From positions 1-51,817 of the IMG/VR virus record IMGVR_UViG_3300044822_000145: a stretch of 51,817 nucleotides of DNA; one strand, 5' to 3'. The position numbers and the translations under genes were made by a program. Below the pieces are notes generated by a model. It did not search any database and was not told the origin of the DNA. It saw nothing but the letters and a program-made list of their open reading frames with translations. Every line of letters starts with the position of its first letter. Within the stretch, counting starts at the first letter, position 1. The DNA comes from a virus. Its lineage: Duplodnaviria > Caudoviricetes. This document shows positions 1-8,388 of this stretch, in pieces.

Positions 1-310
1 CGCGGACCTCAGCCGCGCGGACCTCAGCCGCGCGTACCTCAGCGGCGCGGACCTCAGCAGCGCGTACCTCCGCGGCGCGTACCTCCGCGGCGCGTACCTC
101 CGCGGCGCGGACCTCAGCAGCGCGTACCTCCGCGGCGCGGACCTCATCGGCGCGGACCTCAGCAGCGCGTACCTCCGCGGCGCGGACCTCATCGGCGCGG
201 ACCTCAGCGGCGCGGACCTCAGCCGCGCGGACCTCAGCCGCGCGGACCTCCGCGGCGCGGACCTCAGCCGCGCGGACCTCAGCCGCGCGGACCTCAGCCG
301 CGCGGACCTC
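1..310 (+). repeat. 15-bp tandem repeat GCG(G/T)ACCTC(A/C)(G/T)C(C/G/A)GC, about 20 units
   Basis: Directly visible; encodes the pentapeptide repeats. Confidence 0.95.
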
Positions 311-637
311 GAACCAATTCGCGAAGACTTTCGCCTTGTTCTCGATGCGGCGAAGCCTGAAGTTCCCGCGCTACTGCAAGCGATCAAAGACGGCAAGGTT
401 GACGGCTCAACATACACGGGTCCATGTGCGTGCCTCGTCGGCACGATCGCCAACGCACGCGGCGTCGATTATCGGCACGTCGTCGGATTGGATCCAGATT
501 TATCGCGCCCGGCAGAGCGATTCTTTCTCGCGATTCGTAAAGGCGATACGCCGGAGAATAATCAGATAGCGGCAATCGCGGCGCAGTGGATTGAGGATTT
601 TTTAGCAGATCAGTCAACGACGGCGGAAGCGATCTAA
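1..637 (+). CDS. Pentapeptide-repeat protein, 3' part (continues from 51503 across the circular junction)
   Basis: Frame starting at nt 2 reads A[DY]L[SRI][RGS] repeats, then EPIREDF...GKVDGSTYTGPCACLVGTIA...; TAA at 635-637. Not in the ORF track because its start codon is at the other end. Confidence 0.9.
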   Translation, partial: ADLSRADLSRAYLSGADLSSAYLRGAYLRGAYLRGADLSSAYLRGADLIGADLSSAYLRGADLIGADLSGADLSRADLSRADLRGADLSRADLSRADLSRADLEPIREDFRLVLDAAKPEVPALLQAIKDGKVDGSTYTGPCACLVGTIANARGVDYRHVVGLDPDLSRPAERFFLAIRKGDTPENNQIAAIAAQWIEDFLADQSTTAEAI

Positions 638-638
638 T

Positions 639-797
639 ATGCCCGTTTCCAAGGCTTGCGCCGTCATAACCAAGCGCGACAAACCCTGCGAGCTACCCGC
701 GATCCGGGAAGTGAACGGCAAGCGCGTATGCAGGTCACATGCCTCCCACATCAAGGCCGGGAAGACGCTGAAGTTCGCTGAGGAGATAACCGTATGA
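639..797 (+). CDS. Small Cys/His zinc-ribbon-like protein (52 aa)
   Basis: Own translation: MPVSKACAVITKRDKPCELPAIREVNGKRVCRSH...; ATG 1 nt after the upstream stop, ATGA overlap with the next gene. Confidence 0.7.
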   Translation: MPVSKACAVITKRDKPCELPAIREVNGKRVCRSHASHIKAGKTLKFAEEITV

Positions 798-1138
798 CGT
801 TACGCGAGGAGATAGCACAGTGCATACATTATCATCGCGACCGCCCATGTTCTGACGGAGACTTTGTTCGCTTGAGCGACGTGCTCGCGATTATCGACAG
901 TTGGACGGCCAACGGCACGCCGCTTCTCACGTATGGCGCAGTTGACGACAAACCGGCCGCACCGTCGAGCGAGGAACGCCCCGCGCGGGATGAATTTAGA
1001 GTCGTCCTTGCGCGCTTGCCCCGCGAAACCGACGCAAGCCTTTCGCCGACGATCGGAAGCGCACTCTTGACAGGCATCGAAGCAATCCTCGAATCCATCG
1101 ACGCGAACACGGCGGCGATACGCGAAACGCGCACATGA
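794..1138 (+). CDS. Hypothetical protein
   Basis: GAGGAG RBS; ATGA overlaps at both ends. Confidence 0.7.
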   Translation: MTLREEIAQCIHYHRDRPCSDGDFVRLSDVLAIIDSWTANGTPLLTYGAVDDKPAAPSSEERPARDEFRVVLARLPRETDASLSPTIGSALLTGIEAILESIDANTAAIRETRT

Positions 1139-1419
1139 AAATTAAGACCAAAGACGGCAGCGTTATCGACCTCGAAGACATACGCAAAGAGCAAGTTTTC
1201 ATCGGCAACCCGTATGCGGTCGATAACGCGATACTCATCAAGCACAACATCGCGCTTTTGGATGCGCTCGAAGCAGCGTTGAATATAACAGACATGGAGC
1301 CGCAACCATCCAAGCGCGCATCGGAACGGCAAGAAGCATGGGCGTCCGGTTTTAAGGGCGCAACGCATGCTGTTCGTAGCGCCATCGGATTGATCGAGGA
1401 GAACCCCGTTGCCGACTAA
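1135..1419 (+). CDS. Hypothetical protein
   Basis: ATGA coupling within the + strand operon. Confidence 0.7.
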   Translation: MKIKTKDGSVIDLEDIRKEQVFIGNPYAVDNAILIKHNIALLDALEAALNITDMEPQPSKRASERQEAWASGFKGATHAVRSAIGLIEENPVAD

Positions 1420-1984
1420 ACCGAAACTCGAAACCTGCTCCCTGTGCAAGCGCGTCGGCGATCACGCGAAGCATTGCCCGAATCGCCAATGCCATATGTG
1501 CGGTGTCATCGGCGGCAAGCATACTGATGACTGCTTCATGATTCGCGATGCGATCAAACCCGTACAGCGCATGGAAGTCAACGGCGAAACAGCGCGCATC
1601 ATTCGCTCGCGCGACATCGCAAACGCGCCCGCGTTCGGGCCTGTGCCGATCAAGATCGAGTGGGTACGCCGACTGCAAGAACAATTCGACATGGGCAAGA
1701 TCACGATCCCCGGCGTAACATCCGACGATCATTGCCGCGTGAAAGAATCGCGCCCGTACAAAGGCGGGGCCGTCGAGGTCAATTGTCCTCATCGCGCCGT
1801 GCTGCGCGAAACGGAGAAGACGACGTGCAACGCCTGCAACAGTCACAAGACGAGTACGATCGTCTACCTGTGCTTACTGCACGCGATCACGCATCACGGA
1901 AACGGCGCTCCGATTGCCGACATGGGGCCGTTGTTTGTCGATTCCGAAGCCGTCGCGGAATCGAGGGACTCGCATGACGCATGA
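1409..1984 (+). CDS. Hypothetical protein with Cys/His zinc-binding motifs
   Basis: Two CxxC...HxxxC motifs at the N-terminus and further CxxC/CxxH motifs; GAGGAG upstream of the TTG start. Confidence 0.65.
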   Translation: MPTKPKLETCSLCKRVGDHAKHCPNRQCHMCGVIGGKHTDDCFMIRDAIKPVQRMEVNGETARIIRSRDIANAPAFGPVPIKIEWVRRLQEQFDMGKITIPGVTSDDHCRVKESRPYKGGAVEVNCPHRAVLRETEKTTCNACNSHKTSTIVYLCLLHAITHHGNGAPIADMGPLFVDSEAVAESRDSHDA

Positions 1985-2276
1985 TATCGATTTTGAACGC
2001 AAAACGGCCGAGATACTCAATCAAGAAGCGCAATTTCCTGCTGGCTGGTGGTGGTGCTCCTTTGTTGATAAAGACGGCTTTCTCGGCGTTGCAATCGTTT
2101 GGGCACGCGGCATTCTCACCGCGACGAAAGAAGCGAGAAGACGCGGCATCAATCCGGGCGGTCAAGTGCTTGCGTATGAAATCGCCGAACCTCCCGAGCA
2201 ATACCGGAACAGGCTTCTCGATAGGGCTGAAACACTGGAGGCAAAGAACATCATAGAGAAAGGCAAGAAGCCGTGA
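1974..2276 (+). CDS. Hypothetical protein
   Basis: Start moved to ATG 1974 (GAGGGA upstream); GTGA overlap with the next gene. Confidence 0.65.
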   Translation: MTHDIDFERKTAEILNQEAQFPAGWWWCSFVDKDGFLGVAIVWARGILTATKEARRRGINPGGQVLAYEIAEPPEQYRNRLLDRAETLEAKNIIEKGKKP

Positions 2277-2566
2277 GCGATACTGCGATTGTGACGGATG
2301 AAAAAATTACGATCATACTTCCGAAGAATATATCCATCGGAGTTCTTGCATCCGATGAATCCGATGCGCCAGCCTTCGTGATTATCCATTTCAATGAAAG
2401 CAGCAAAGGATTCGGATTCGGAGATACGACCGACGCAACGCGAGCGTTGGCAATCATGGCTTTCCGATGCGCCGACGAAGCCGACCGCGTGAACGGCGTA
2501 TTCTCCCCAAAGAAAACCGAGAACGCACTACGAAAATATCTCGCGGAGATGAAGGCGAAACGATGA
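2273..2566 (+). CDS. Hypothetical protein
   Basis: Overlap-coupled at both ends. Confidence 0.65.
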   Translation: MSDTAIVTDEKITIILPKNISIGVLASDESDAPAFVIIHFNESSKGFGFGDTTDATRALAIMAFRCADEADRVNGVFSPKKTENALRKYLAEMKAKR

Positions 2567-2889
2567 ACGATACGCCCAAGAAAAAACCGCCGATAACCAC
2601 TGCGGAAGCCGGGCATCTCGGCGGTACGAAAGTCAAGAACCTCTACGGCACCGGGTTCTATGAGGCTATCGGCAAGAAAGGCGGCGAGGCAACGAAGGCA
2701 TCCCACGGCCTGGAGTTTTACGAGATGATCGGGAGAAAAGGCGGCAAGAAAGGCGGCGACGCAACGCGCGATAAGCACGGAAGCCCATTTTACGAAGCAA
2801 TCGGCGCGAAAGGCGGCGCGAAGGTGAAAGCGATTATCGCAGCCGGGAAGAAAGCATTGGCGGATGAGGCGAAGAAAAACGAGACGTGA
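2563..2889 (+). CDS. KGG-repeat general stress protein (GsiB/Em-like)
   Basis: Three (H/Y)GxxFYExIGxKGG repeats; ATGA overlap start at 2563. Confidence 0.85.
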   Translation: MNDTPKKKPPITTAEAGHLGGTKVKNLYGTGFYEAIGKKGGEATKASHGLEFYEMIGRKGGKKGGDATRDKHGSPFYEAIGAKGGAKVKAIIAAGKKALADEAKKNET

Positions 2890-3125
2890 GTTCATCGCCG
2901 CGCGTTATCTCGGAAATCATCGAACGCTTGTCGTCGGAAATCGACCATGCGCGTGAAAAGCATCCGGGCGGTGATAGGTTCGTCGCTTTGACTTGTGAGT
3001 TCCTAGAATTGACGCGCGCCATACAGGCCGGGGAATCCAAGGAGAATATCCGACAAGAAGCTCTTCAGGTTGCATGCACGGCGATTCGGTTCGTCGAGGA
3101 AAATCTCGATGGTCATCACCATTGA
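2886..3125 (+). CDS. Small MazG-like/all-alpha NTP pyrophosphohydrolase-like protein
   Basis: EFLELTRAI...IRQEALQVACTAIRF resembles the ExxE...ExxQVAxxA pattern of phage MazG-like proteins. Confidence 0.45.
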   Translation: MSSSPRVISEIIERLSSEIDHAREKHPGGDRFVALTCEFLELTRAIQAGESKENIRQEALQVACTAIRFVEENLDGHHH

Positions 3126-3618
3126 AGTCCCCGGCGCTCCGGTAAGCAAGAACCAGGGGATGCGTATCGACCCGCGGCGCCCCGGCATGCCGATGTTCCG
3201 CCCGCAGGAGGCAACGGATTGGATGCGCCGGATTCGCCATGAGGCGCAGCGCGTTGCAAATGCCGCGAAGTGGCCTGACCCGTTCCTCTGTGCCGAGGTG
3301 GCGATCGACTTCCGCAAGTATAATAGCCGGCACGATTCGGGCGCCGGGAACGAGTACGTTTTCGATGCCTTGCAAATTCCCACAACGCGCGATATGGTGC
3401 GATTCAAGTCTTCCTGGGGGCTGTACTATCGCGACAAGGACGCATGGTGCAGAGAATCCCCCATGCCCGTTCACGACGATGGTGCGCGCCGATGCGTGTT
3501 CATCGCCGAACTCCTACGAACGCGAGATCCCGAAGAAGCCGACCGTCTGCGCGGGCTTTGGCTGGCCTCCATACGACGCGCGCATATAAAATCACACACG
3601 CCCAAGAAAGATGCCTAA
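3109..3618 (+). CDS. RusA-like Holliday junction resolvase (diverged)
   Basis: IEVPGAPVSKN N-terminus and D-x8-DAL...GLYYRD pattern; catalytic motif degenerate. Confidence 0.5.
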   Translation: MVITIEVPGAPVSKNQGMRIDPRRPGMPMFRPQEATDWMRRIRHEAQRVANAAKWPDPFLCAEVAIDFRKYNSRHDSGAGNEYVFDALQIPTTRDMVRFKSSWGLYYRDKDAWCRESPMPVHDDGARRCVFIAELLRTRDPEEADRLRGLWLASIRRAHIKSHTPKKDA

Positions 3619-3926
3619 TGCCACCTCGCACAAAAACCGCCGTCAAGAAGAAGCGTTCGCTTCCGACGAAGGCCAAGAAAGTCACCAAACGCGCCGCCAA
3701 GCACCGGGAAACGCCCCTCGAAAAGCTTGCCTTCCGCGTCTCGATCCTCGAAGAGGGGTTTAACGCTCTCGAAAAAGACCTCCGCGACTTGAGGCGTTCT
3801 TATGGCGAGCATGTCGTTCTTAAACTCGTTGAATCCGAGATAACCGACGTTGCGCCGGAGCCTGCGAAGATGCTTGACGAATCCTCCGCACACACGGAAC
3901 CTGTACTAAGCGACGATGAACTCTGA
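3618..3926 (+). CDS. Hypothetical protein with Lys-rich basic N-terminus and coiled coil
   Basis: TAATG coupling; MPPRTKTAVKKKRSLPTKAKKVTKRAAK. Confidence 0.65.
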   Translation: MPPRTKTAVKKKRSLPTKAKKVTKRAAKHRETPLEKLAFRVSILEEGFNALEKDLRDLRRSYGEHVVLKLVESEITDVAPEPAKMLDESSAHTEPVLSDDEL

Positions 3927-4239
3927 AGAGTTCATAAAGCGCGCGGCAAGAACCGACGGGGACAGCCTCTATGCCTCATGCAAAACATGCAGCGAAGTCG
4001 CCTCATGGGTTCCGTACAAGGCAGGCGGGGAGTGGGAATGCCAAGCCTGCCGCGTCGGAACGCGCCAGTTTGGGCGTGCCGATCGCGAAAAGTACCTGCT
4101 CGGAAAAATTGGGCCGGCCGAGCGGCGCGAGCGCGTTATCCGCACGACCATGAAGATGATCGCGTTCGCCATCGGTGCGTTTCTAACGTGGGAAGTCCTC
4201 AAATACTGCTTTCCGATCATCTTGCCGGCCGGGAGCTAG
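3916..4239 (+). CDS. Hypothetical protein, zinc ribbon plus C-terminal TM helix
   Basis: CKTC...CQAC and a hydrophobic C-terminal segment. Confidence 0.6.
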   Translation: MNSEEFIKRAARTDGDSLYASCKTCSEVASWVPYKAGGEWECQACRVGTRQFGRADREKYLLGKIGPAERRERVIRTTMKMIAFAIGAFLTWEVLKYCFPIILPAGS

Positions 4240-4292
4240 GAATGACGGTGCTTTTGGAGGAGCCCACGAACGGATAGACCAGGAGGCATATC

Positions 4293-5513
4293 ATGTCAAA
4301 CCGTCGCGGTCACAATCCCACGCCTGCGCCCACGCCGACCCCGGTTCCCACGCCCGTCGCTTCAAGCGTCGGCATGGCGGACGCCTTCGTAAGCTCGATC
4401 GGCGTCAACACGCAAATCGACTATACGAACACCGTCTACTACACGAACTGGCCTGCGATCTGGACGCTCTTGCAAGCTTCAGGCATTCGCAACGTGCGCG
4501 ACGGGCTCAACGACGACGGCGCATGGTACTACGAGCGTCTCTCCTCAATTATCGCCGCCGGCATATCGCTCGATCTCGTCTCCACGCCGGGACAAACGTC
4601 CGCATGGGTTTCCGGCTTCTCGAAATTGGTACCGGGCATCTTGTCGATTGAGGGCGCGAACGAGTGGGATGCAAACGGCGGAACCGGATGGGTCGCAGCC
4701 GATATCGCATGGCAAGAGCTGGTCTTCAAGGCCGTTAATAAGACGCTCCCGGTGCTAGGTCCCTCGCTCGCTTCAAGCGCGTCGTATCCGTTGCTCGGTT
4801 CCGGCGCGCTGCCGTATCAAAACTACGGCAACCTCCACATGTACTTCGATAATTACAATCCTGGCAATACCGGCTACGGCGATGCGTTTGCGCCCTACGG
4901 CACGTTCGGCACGATGAGTTTTTGGCTCAACTTGGTCAAGAGCATATCCGGCACGCAGCCGATCATCATCACCGAAACCGGATACGATCAAGAGGCCGGA
5001 TTCATCGACGCAGCGACCGTCGCGAAGTATCTCGTACGCACACTGCTCATGACCTGGAATGCCGGGGTCTCCAAGACATTTATTTATGAGTTCGCCGATG
5101 AAGGCGGGAGCGCCGGCAACTTCGGTCTCGTCACGGCAAGCGCAGCGCCCAAGCCCGCGTACGTCGCGATTAAATCGCTCATTGCCGCGCTCGCCGATCC
5201 GGGCGCGACATTCGCGACGACGCCGCTGTCGTACACGATAAGCGGCGCATCGACAATGCAAAGCACGCTGCTGCAAAAACGCAACGGCACGTACATCCTC
5301 GCGATCTGGAATGAAGTTCCGTCGTGGAACACATCGACGAACGTCGAAATCGTCGTCCCGCCGCAAACGGTTACGCTTACATTCACGAAGGCTCCGACGA
5401 GCATCAGCGCCCTCGCATTCAACGCCGCCGGCAATCTCGTTGCATCGCCGGTCTCTGCGACGCATTCGCTTGCGATAACGGATACCGTGACGCTGGTCAC
5501 GATAACGCCCTAA
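4293..5513 (+). CDS. Clan GH-A glycoside hydrolase (GH5/GH39-like TIM barrel plus C-terminal beta domain)
   Basis: AGGAGG RBS; IEGANEWD (acid/base) and IIITETGY (nucleophile) motifs, NLHMY, FGLV...PKPAY; N-terminal PT linker. Confidence 0.8.
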   Translation: MSNRRGHNPTPAPTPTPVPTPVASSVGMADAFVSSIGVNTQIDYTNTVYYTNWPAIWTLLQASGIRNVRDGLNDDGAWYYERLSSIIAAGISLDLVSTPGQTSAWVSGFSKLVPGILSIEGANEWDANGGTGWVAADIAWQELVFKAVNKTLPVLGPSLASSASYPLLGSGALPYQNYGNLHMYFDNYNPGNTGYGDAFAPYGTFGTMSFWLNLVKSISGTQPIIITETGYDQEAGFIDAATVAKYLVRTLLMTWNAGVSKTFIYEFADEGGSAGNFGLVTASAAPKPAYVAIKSLIAALADPGATFATTPLSYTISGASTMQSTLLQKRNGTYILAIWNEVPSWNTSTNVEIVVPPQTVTLTFTKAPTSISALAFNAAGNLVASPVSATHSLAITDTVTLVTITP

Positions 5514-5517
5514 CGCA

Positions 5518-5550
5518 AAAAGCCCCGCCTTTTTTTTCAGCGGGGCTTTT
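5518..5550. terminator. Bidirectional rho-independent terminator
   Basis: AAAAGCCCCGC...GCGGGGCTTTT hairpin between convergent genes. Confidence 0.85.
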
Positions 5551-5598
5551 CGTGCGTAATGCAGGTATGTAGTTCTTGAAATATGGGTACGCGGCGTA

Positions 5599-5784
5599 TT
5601 ACGCCTTCTTTGCCGGTTGAACCTTTAGCTTTAGCGCTTGCGACGCCGCCTCACGAGCGGACTCAAGCGTCTTCTTGGCCTCGGCGATATCAGATGCGAC
5701 GCCGTGCGTTGCGACGGCTTGCGCAGCCGTAACGAGCGCCTTGGTTGCGGCGATGAATTCTGCGAGGACATCAGGAATTGGCAT
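5599..5784 (-). CDS. Small Ala-rich helical protein in the lysis operon
   Basis: AAGGAG RBS on the minus strand; downstream of the lysin. Confidence 0.6.
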   Translation of the reverse strand: MPIPDVLAEFIAATKALVTAAQAVATHGVASDIAEAKKTLESAREAASQALKLKVQPAKKA

Positions 5785-5827
5785 GGGACTCCTTCGATAA
5801 GGGTGAAAGTTGTCGCGAATTTCCGCG

Positions 5828-6127
5828 TTATTGGGACGGCTCCTGGTACACGGTAATCGGCGGAATATCGGTTATCTTCGTGATCGTGACTTGAAAGATG
5901 TCGTCGCTTCCTACGGGAACGCGAAACACTCCGGGCTGACCGCTCGCGATCGTTGCCGCGATCAATCCGGCCGCAGCGAACGAGAACCCAGGCGCCGCAG
6001 GCTTCCCGCTCATCGAAACGATCGCGATATTAAAATGCACGCCTTTGATCGTCTGCACAAATGAATGAGAACGATGCACGAAGAGTTGCAAGAATGCGGA
6101 TGTGTATGCGCTTAGATTTTTAATCAC
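5828..6127 (-). CDS. Hypothetical protein (99 aa) coupled to the lysin
   Basis: GTG at 6127 overlaps the lysin TGA (GTGA); 3' part of track ORF 5828..6625. Confidence 0.55.
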   Translation of the reverse strand: MIKNLSAYTSAFLQLFVHRSHSFVQTIKGVHFNIAIVSMSGKPAAPGFSFAAAGLIAATIASGQPGVFRVPVGSDDIFQVTITKITDIPPITVYQEPSQ

Positions 6128-6693
6128 GATGCTTCTTTCACGTATTGACTCCATGCGACATCGACGTTCAATGAGACCGCCGAAAAGTTTATCCAGTCTT
6201 GGAAGACTGAAGCACCATAGTTCTGTCCCGTCGTCCACGCATCCGGGCTGACATGCTCGGCCAGCTCCAAGCCGACGCCCTGGATTCCCAAGTTGTAGGC
6301 AGCGAACGCGGCGATGTGATCGTTCGGGTACTTGTGAAGCGCGGGTTCGAGAAACTCGTGCGCGGCGACGCGCAGGTTCGTGAGAGGGTCCATGAGGTTG
6401 CCGTAGCCGGGATAGCTTGGAAACACCCCGCGCCATTGGACGCCGAAGGTAATCTGACAAATTCCGGCACCCACCCCCGGCCCAGGTATCATCCCACGCT
6501 GCAAGATATTCTCGCCACCTGATTCTCTGTCCACGATCGCCGCGAGCATGCACGGCTCCGTAAGCGCGCAACCGGCAACGGCTTCCGTATAGAGCGGCGC
6601 GTAGGCCATGAGCGCCTTGCGCCACGGCACCGCAAATGCGGGCTTCTTTTGAGCCGCGAGCGCGGCGACTTGCTGCACCGTGAGGAGTCCCAT
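6124..6693 (-). CDS. Lytic transglycosylase (SLT/GH23), probable endolysin
   Basis: AIVDRESGG, GAGICQI, DPLTNL and AAYNLG are the canonical SLT motifs; start taken at ATG 6693. Confidence 0.85.
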   Translation of the reverse strand: MGLLTVQQVAALAAQKKPAFAVPWRKALMAYAPLYTEAVAGCALTEPCMLAAIVDRESGGENILQRGMIPGPGVGAGICQITFGVQWRGVFPSYPGYGNLMDPLTNLRVAAHEFLEPALHKYPNDHIAAFAAYNLGIQGVGLELAEHVSPDAWTTGQNYGASVFQDWINFSAVSLNVDVAWSQYVKEAS

Positions 6694-6726
6694 GCCCGAG
6701 GCCTTCAGGAGCGCGGCGCGAACGCC

Positions 6727-6735
6727 TGGTATAAT
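6727..6735 (+). promoter_or_regulatory. Extended -10 promoter (TGgTATAAT), probably giving a leaderless transcript
   Basis: TATAAT at 6730-6735, 7 nt before ATG 6743; no SD. Confidence 0.6.
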
Positions 6736-6742
6736 GGGGCCA

Positions 6743-7234
6743 ATGCTACATGAGATACGAGAGATGCCCGTAAGCGAACTCAAAGCCGCGCCGTACAATC
6801 CGCGTAGGATCGACGCGGCTGCGATGGCGGCGCTTACCAAAAGCATCGAACGATTCGGCTATGTGGAACCGATCGTATTCAACAAGCGCAGCGGCTTCGT
6901 TGTCGGAGGTCACCAACGGCTCAAGGTGTTGCGCGCAAGTAAGATCAAGGAAGTCCCGGTCGTGATCGTTGACCTCGCCGAGAACGAAGAGAAGGCGCTC
7001 AACGTCGCGCTGAATTCGCCGACTCTCGCCGGTGAGTTCACGGATGATCTTCAAGCTATGCTTCAGGATATTCAATTAAAAGATGAATCGTTATTCGAAA
7101 GCCTTTTGTTCGATAAACTCTTGGGTGAAGGCGCGCCTACCTTCGAACCGGAGAATATAGAATCGTTAAAACGTCTTGACGAGAAAAAGATGATCGTCTG
7201 CCCGAACTGTCAACATGAATTCTCTCAATCCTAG
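6743..7234 (+). CDS. ParB/Srx N-terminal-domain protein with C-terminal CxxC
   Basis: LKAAPYNPR, SIERFGYVEPIV, VVGGHQRL, ALN and CPNC motifs; typical partner of phage DNA-modification genes. Confidence 0.85.
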   Translation: MLHEIREMPVSELKAAPYNPRRIDAAAMAALTKSIERFGYVEPIVFNKRSGFVVGGHQRLKVLRASKIKEVPVVIVDLAENEEKALNVALNSPTLAGEFTDDLQAMLQDIQLKDESLFESLLFDKLLGEGAPTFEPENIESLKRLDEKKMIVCPNCQHEFSQS

Positions 7235-7856
7235 TCTTCACATAGCGCCATGCACGTTAGAAGCCGCTGAATACGCATGTAAGAATTATCATTATAGCGG
7301 AAAATTGGCAGGTAAAGGACTATCAACTGTCCCATTCGGCGTTTGGGAAAACGGTATTTTTGTAGGTTCAATTATGTATGGCCTTGGAGCAACGGGAAAT
7401 ATCGGAAAACCGTTCGGGCTCGTAAAAGGCGAAATTTGTGAACTCGTTCGAATCGCGTTAAAAAAACATGAGACACCGGTATCTCGAATGCTCGCAATTA
7501 CAGTAAAAATGCTGCATAAGAGCTCTAATGGTCTTCGTATGATCGTAAGCTTTGCCGATTCGGGACAAGGCCATCACGGCGGAATTTATCAAGCATGCGG
7601 ATGGATATATCTCGGGAAAACTTCAGGGAATGGATATTTTTTTATACGAGGAAGAATCGTACACTCAAGGAGTATTCATGGTAAATATGGGAGCGGCACT
7701 CAATCTCTCTCATGGATACGAAAGAATCTTGACCCAAAGGCAACACCCGTTCAAACAGGAGCAAAACATAAATATGTTTGGTGTTACGACGAAAGATTAA
7801 AAAGGAAAATAACCGCTATATCTCTTCCATATCCAAAACGTGCGCAGGGAGCATGA
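7215..7856 (+). CDS. mom: Mom-family (GNAT fold) adenine hypermodification enzyme
   Basis: YHYS, ELVRIAL, IVSFADSGQGHHGGIYQACGWIYLG, KHKY and PYPK motifs match Mu Mom-like proteins. Confidence 0.85.
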   Translation: MNSLNPSLHIAPCTLEAAEYACKNYHYSGKLAGKGLSTVPFGVWENGIFVGSIMYGLGATGNIGKPFGLVKGEICELVRIALKKHETPVSRMLAITVKMLHKSSNGLRMIVSFADSGQGHHGGIYQACGWIYLGKTSGNGYFFIRGRIVHSRSIHGKYGSGTQSLSWIRKNLDPKATPVQTGAKHKYVWCYDERLKRKITAISLPYPKRAQGA

Positions 7857-7916
7857 TGGTAATGTGCAGTCATTCCATGATTGAGAAGGCCGTTCGAATC
7901 GGACCTCTGCGCTCCG
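7842..7916 (+). tRNA. Non-canonical tRNA-Gly(TCC)-like RNA
   Basis: Acceptor GCGCAGG/TCTGCGC, D arm GCAT/ATGT, anticodon arm CAGTC/GATTG with TCC at 7874-7876, T loop TTCGAAT, T stem GGCCG/CGG[A]CC with bulged A7903, U73; position 8 is G and the 3' end is CCG. Confidence 0.8.
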
Positions 7917-7962
7917 ATCCCCGTATAAAGGCAAGCATAAACGGTAAAGAAAGCTAGATGTC

Positions 7963-8388
7963 ATGGCTGGAAGACCTAAAGGCACATTCGGAACGAAGAG
8001 AATTACAAAAGAACTTACGAAAAACATATGCGACCTAATAGAAATAGGTATGCCTCCGCATTATGCAGCACAGGAACAAGGCATATCTGAAAGACTATTT
8101 CAGATATGGATGCAACTAGGACGACAAGCACAAGAAAAAGACGAATGGATTAAGTCCTATTCCGATTTTTTTTCGGAGATAGCGCGCGCCCGCGCGCGTT
8201 GCATAAAAAGGATGCTTGTGCGGGCTCATACTGGTGAGAAGGGAAGTAGTACGGCTATGTGGGTTCTCGAAAAACAGTACAGAGAAGAATTCGGCTCATC
8301 AAAGCCCGATGACGGAAAGCAACAAATAGAGATCGTCGTTAAAAATGCCATACGCGAGCGCGATAGTGAGAGCGAATGCCAACAATAA
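7963..8388 (+). CDS. terS: Terminase small subunit
   Basis: MAGRPK start, HTH-like segment, AMWVLEK...EEFG motif; directly upstream of the large subunit. Confidence 0.8.
   Translation: MAGRPKGTFGTKRITKELTKNICDLIEIGMPPHYAAQEQGISERLFQIWMQLGRQAQEKDEWIKSYSDFFSEIARARARCIKRMLVRAHTGEKGSSTAMWVLEKQYREEFGSSKPDDGKQQIEIVVKNAIRERDSESECQQ

Noticed and set aside
1-310. Diversity-generating retroelement acting on the variable repeats
   Set aside because: No reverse transcriptase and no TR/VR pair; the variation is not adenine-specific.
6743-7234. ParB as a plasmid partition protein
   Set aside because: Only the N-terminal ParB/Srx domain is present, with no HTH and no ParA; the context is DNA modification.
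7842-7916. tRNA as an attP/integration-site remnant
   Set aside because: No integrase is present, and the element is a full-length cloverleaf with intact stems rather than a 3' fragment.
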